Shown here: piece by piece, positions 26,575 through 27,118 of the stretch
How the letters are laid out: every line of letters begins with the position of its first letter
Numbering within the stretch: position 1 is the stretch's first letter
From: Candidatus Zixiibacteriota bacterium
GTDB lineage: Bacteria > Zixibacteria > MSB-5A5 > CAIYYT01
Reading direction: 5' to 3'
Length of the DNA: 27,118 nucleotides
Assembly (NCBI GenBank): GCA_040235515.1
Contig: JBECKX010000051.1
Span: forward strand, 1-27,118
Made by a program: the position numbers and the translations under genes
The notes under the pieces: model-generated
Told to the model about the DNA's origin: nothing
Database searches by the model: none
Seen by the model: the letters and a program-made list of their open reading frames with translations, nothing else

Positions 26575-27118
26575 GTGGGCATCTTCTTCCTGATCGCCGG
26601 ATCAGTCTTTTTCTTCGCCGGATTGGCCTGTCTGCTGATCGTCTTTGTGACGATCGCCAGACGCCTCAAAGCCAATCTGACGACCTCGATCTATTTTAAG
26701 GGGAAATCGTCGCGCCAGACGATCATCCTCACTGCAATCGGTGTGGCTCTAATCGTCTGTGCCCAAGGCTTTTACTGGTTTCACGGCGAAGCCACCCGCT
26801 ATATTCCGTTCGAAACGACAGTGCCTACCGCTCGCGTCAGTTTCGTTTATCAGCAATATCATCAGCCCCGCTTGATGCTCGAGACCACCGATCAGAACAA
26901 CAATTTCTCGATTCAGATGGTACCGTTCAACAGCGAACGGATATCGCTCGGCGTCGAAATCGTGCGCTGGAACAAGCTGATGAAGATTCTCGGAATGAAG
27001 GATTGCTACCGAATCTCCGGTCTTTATGCGGTTGATCCCGATGTCGAATTCGCGCCTGACATCTCGGCGCTGCCGGACCATGATCTCAATGGGGGACCTA
27101 CCGGCTTGACCTCCCTGG
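26575..27118 (+). CDS. Membrane protein of unknown function (two N-terminal TM helices); runs off the window
   Basis: GTG at 26575 opens a stop-free frame: MGIFFLIAGSVFFFAGLACLLIVFVTIARRLKANL...TIILTAIGVALIVCAQGFYWFHGE...EIVRWNKLMKILGMKDCYRISG. Confidence 0.75.
   Translation, partial: MGIFFLIAGSVFFFAGLACLLIVFVTIARRLKANLTTSIYFKGKSSRQTIILTAIGVALIVCAQGFYWFHGEATRYIPFETTVPTARVSFVYQQYHQPRLMLETTDQNNNFSIQMVPFNSERISLGVEIVRWNKLMKILGMKDCYRISGLYAVDPDVEFAPDISALPDHDLNGGPTGLTSL

Noticed and set aside
26749..27081. 110-aa minus-strand ORF
   Set aside because: Antisense to the more plausible plus-strand membrane protein gene starting at 26575.
1..27118. CRISPR arrays, tRNA/rRNA genes, IS elements, integron attC sites
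   Set aside because: No repeat-spacer periodicity, cloverleaf motifs, transposase or integrase ORFs, or convincing attC seen by eye.

Overview
Bacterial chromosomal window with no rRNA, tRNA, CRISPR array or transposase that I can see. The right half is the conserved origin-proximal cluster rpmH-rnpA-yidD-yidC-mnmE-mnmG-rsmG-parA-parB, extended by an M23 peptidase-bactofilin pair. It carries two perfect parS palindromes and three perfect DnaA boxes, but dnaA/dnaN are not next to rpmH. The left half is envelope-related: a SigW-like ECF sigma factor operon encoding three exported beta-solenoid proteins (toast-rack/DUF4097/bactofilin-like), with two matching ECF promoters and no visible anti-sigma; a membrane-fused spermidine-synthase-like protein; two lipoproteins; a second M23 peptidase; a second, orphan ECF sigma; a TPR protein; and a GNAT. 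Several likely genes are missing from the ORF track: the toast-rack gene at <1-806, rpmH, three 46-52 aa proteins and a membrane protein at the right edge. The most unusual observations are (1) a consensus sigma-54 promoter with an upstream palindrome and a phased ACCGA array in front of an unknown 46-aa basic protein followed by a chain of hairpins, (2) a small two-ORF islet bounded by an 11-bp direct repeat where dnaA would normally sit, and (3) rnpA with no canonical start codon outside rpmH. All functional calls come from motif recognition only; no database searches were run.
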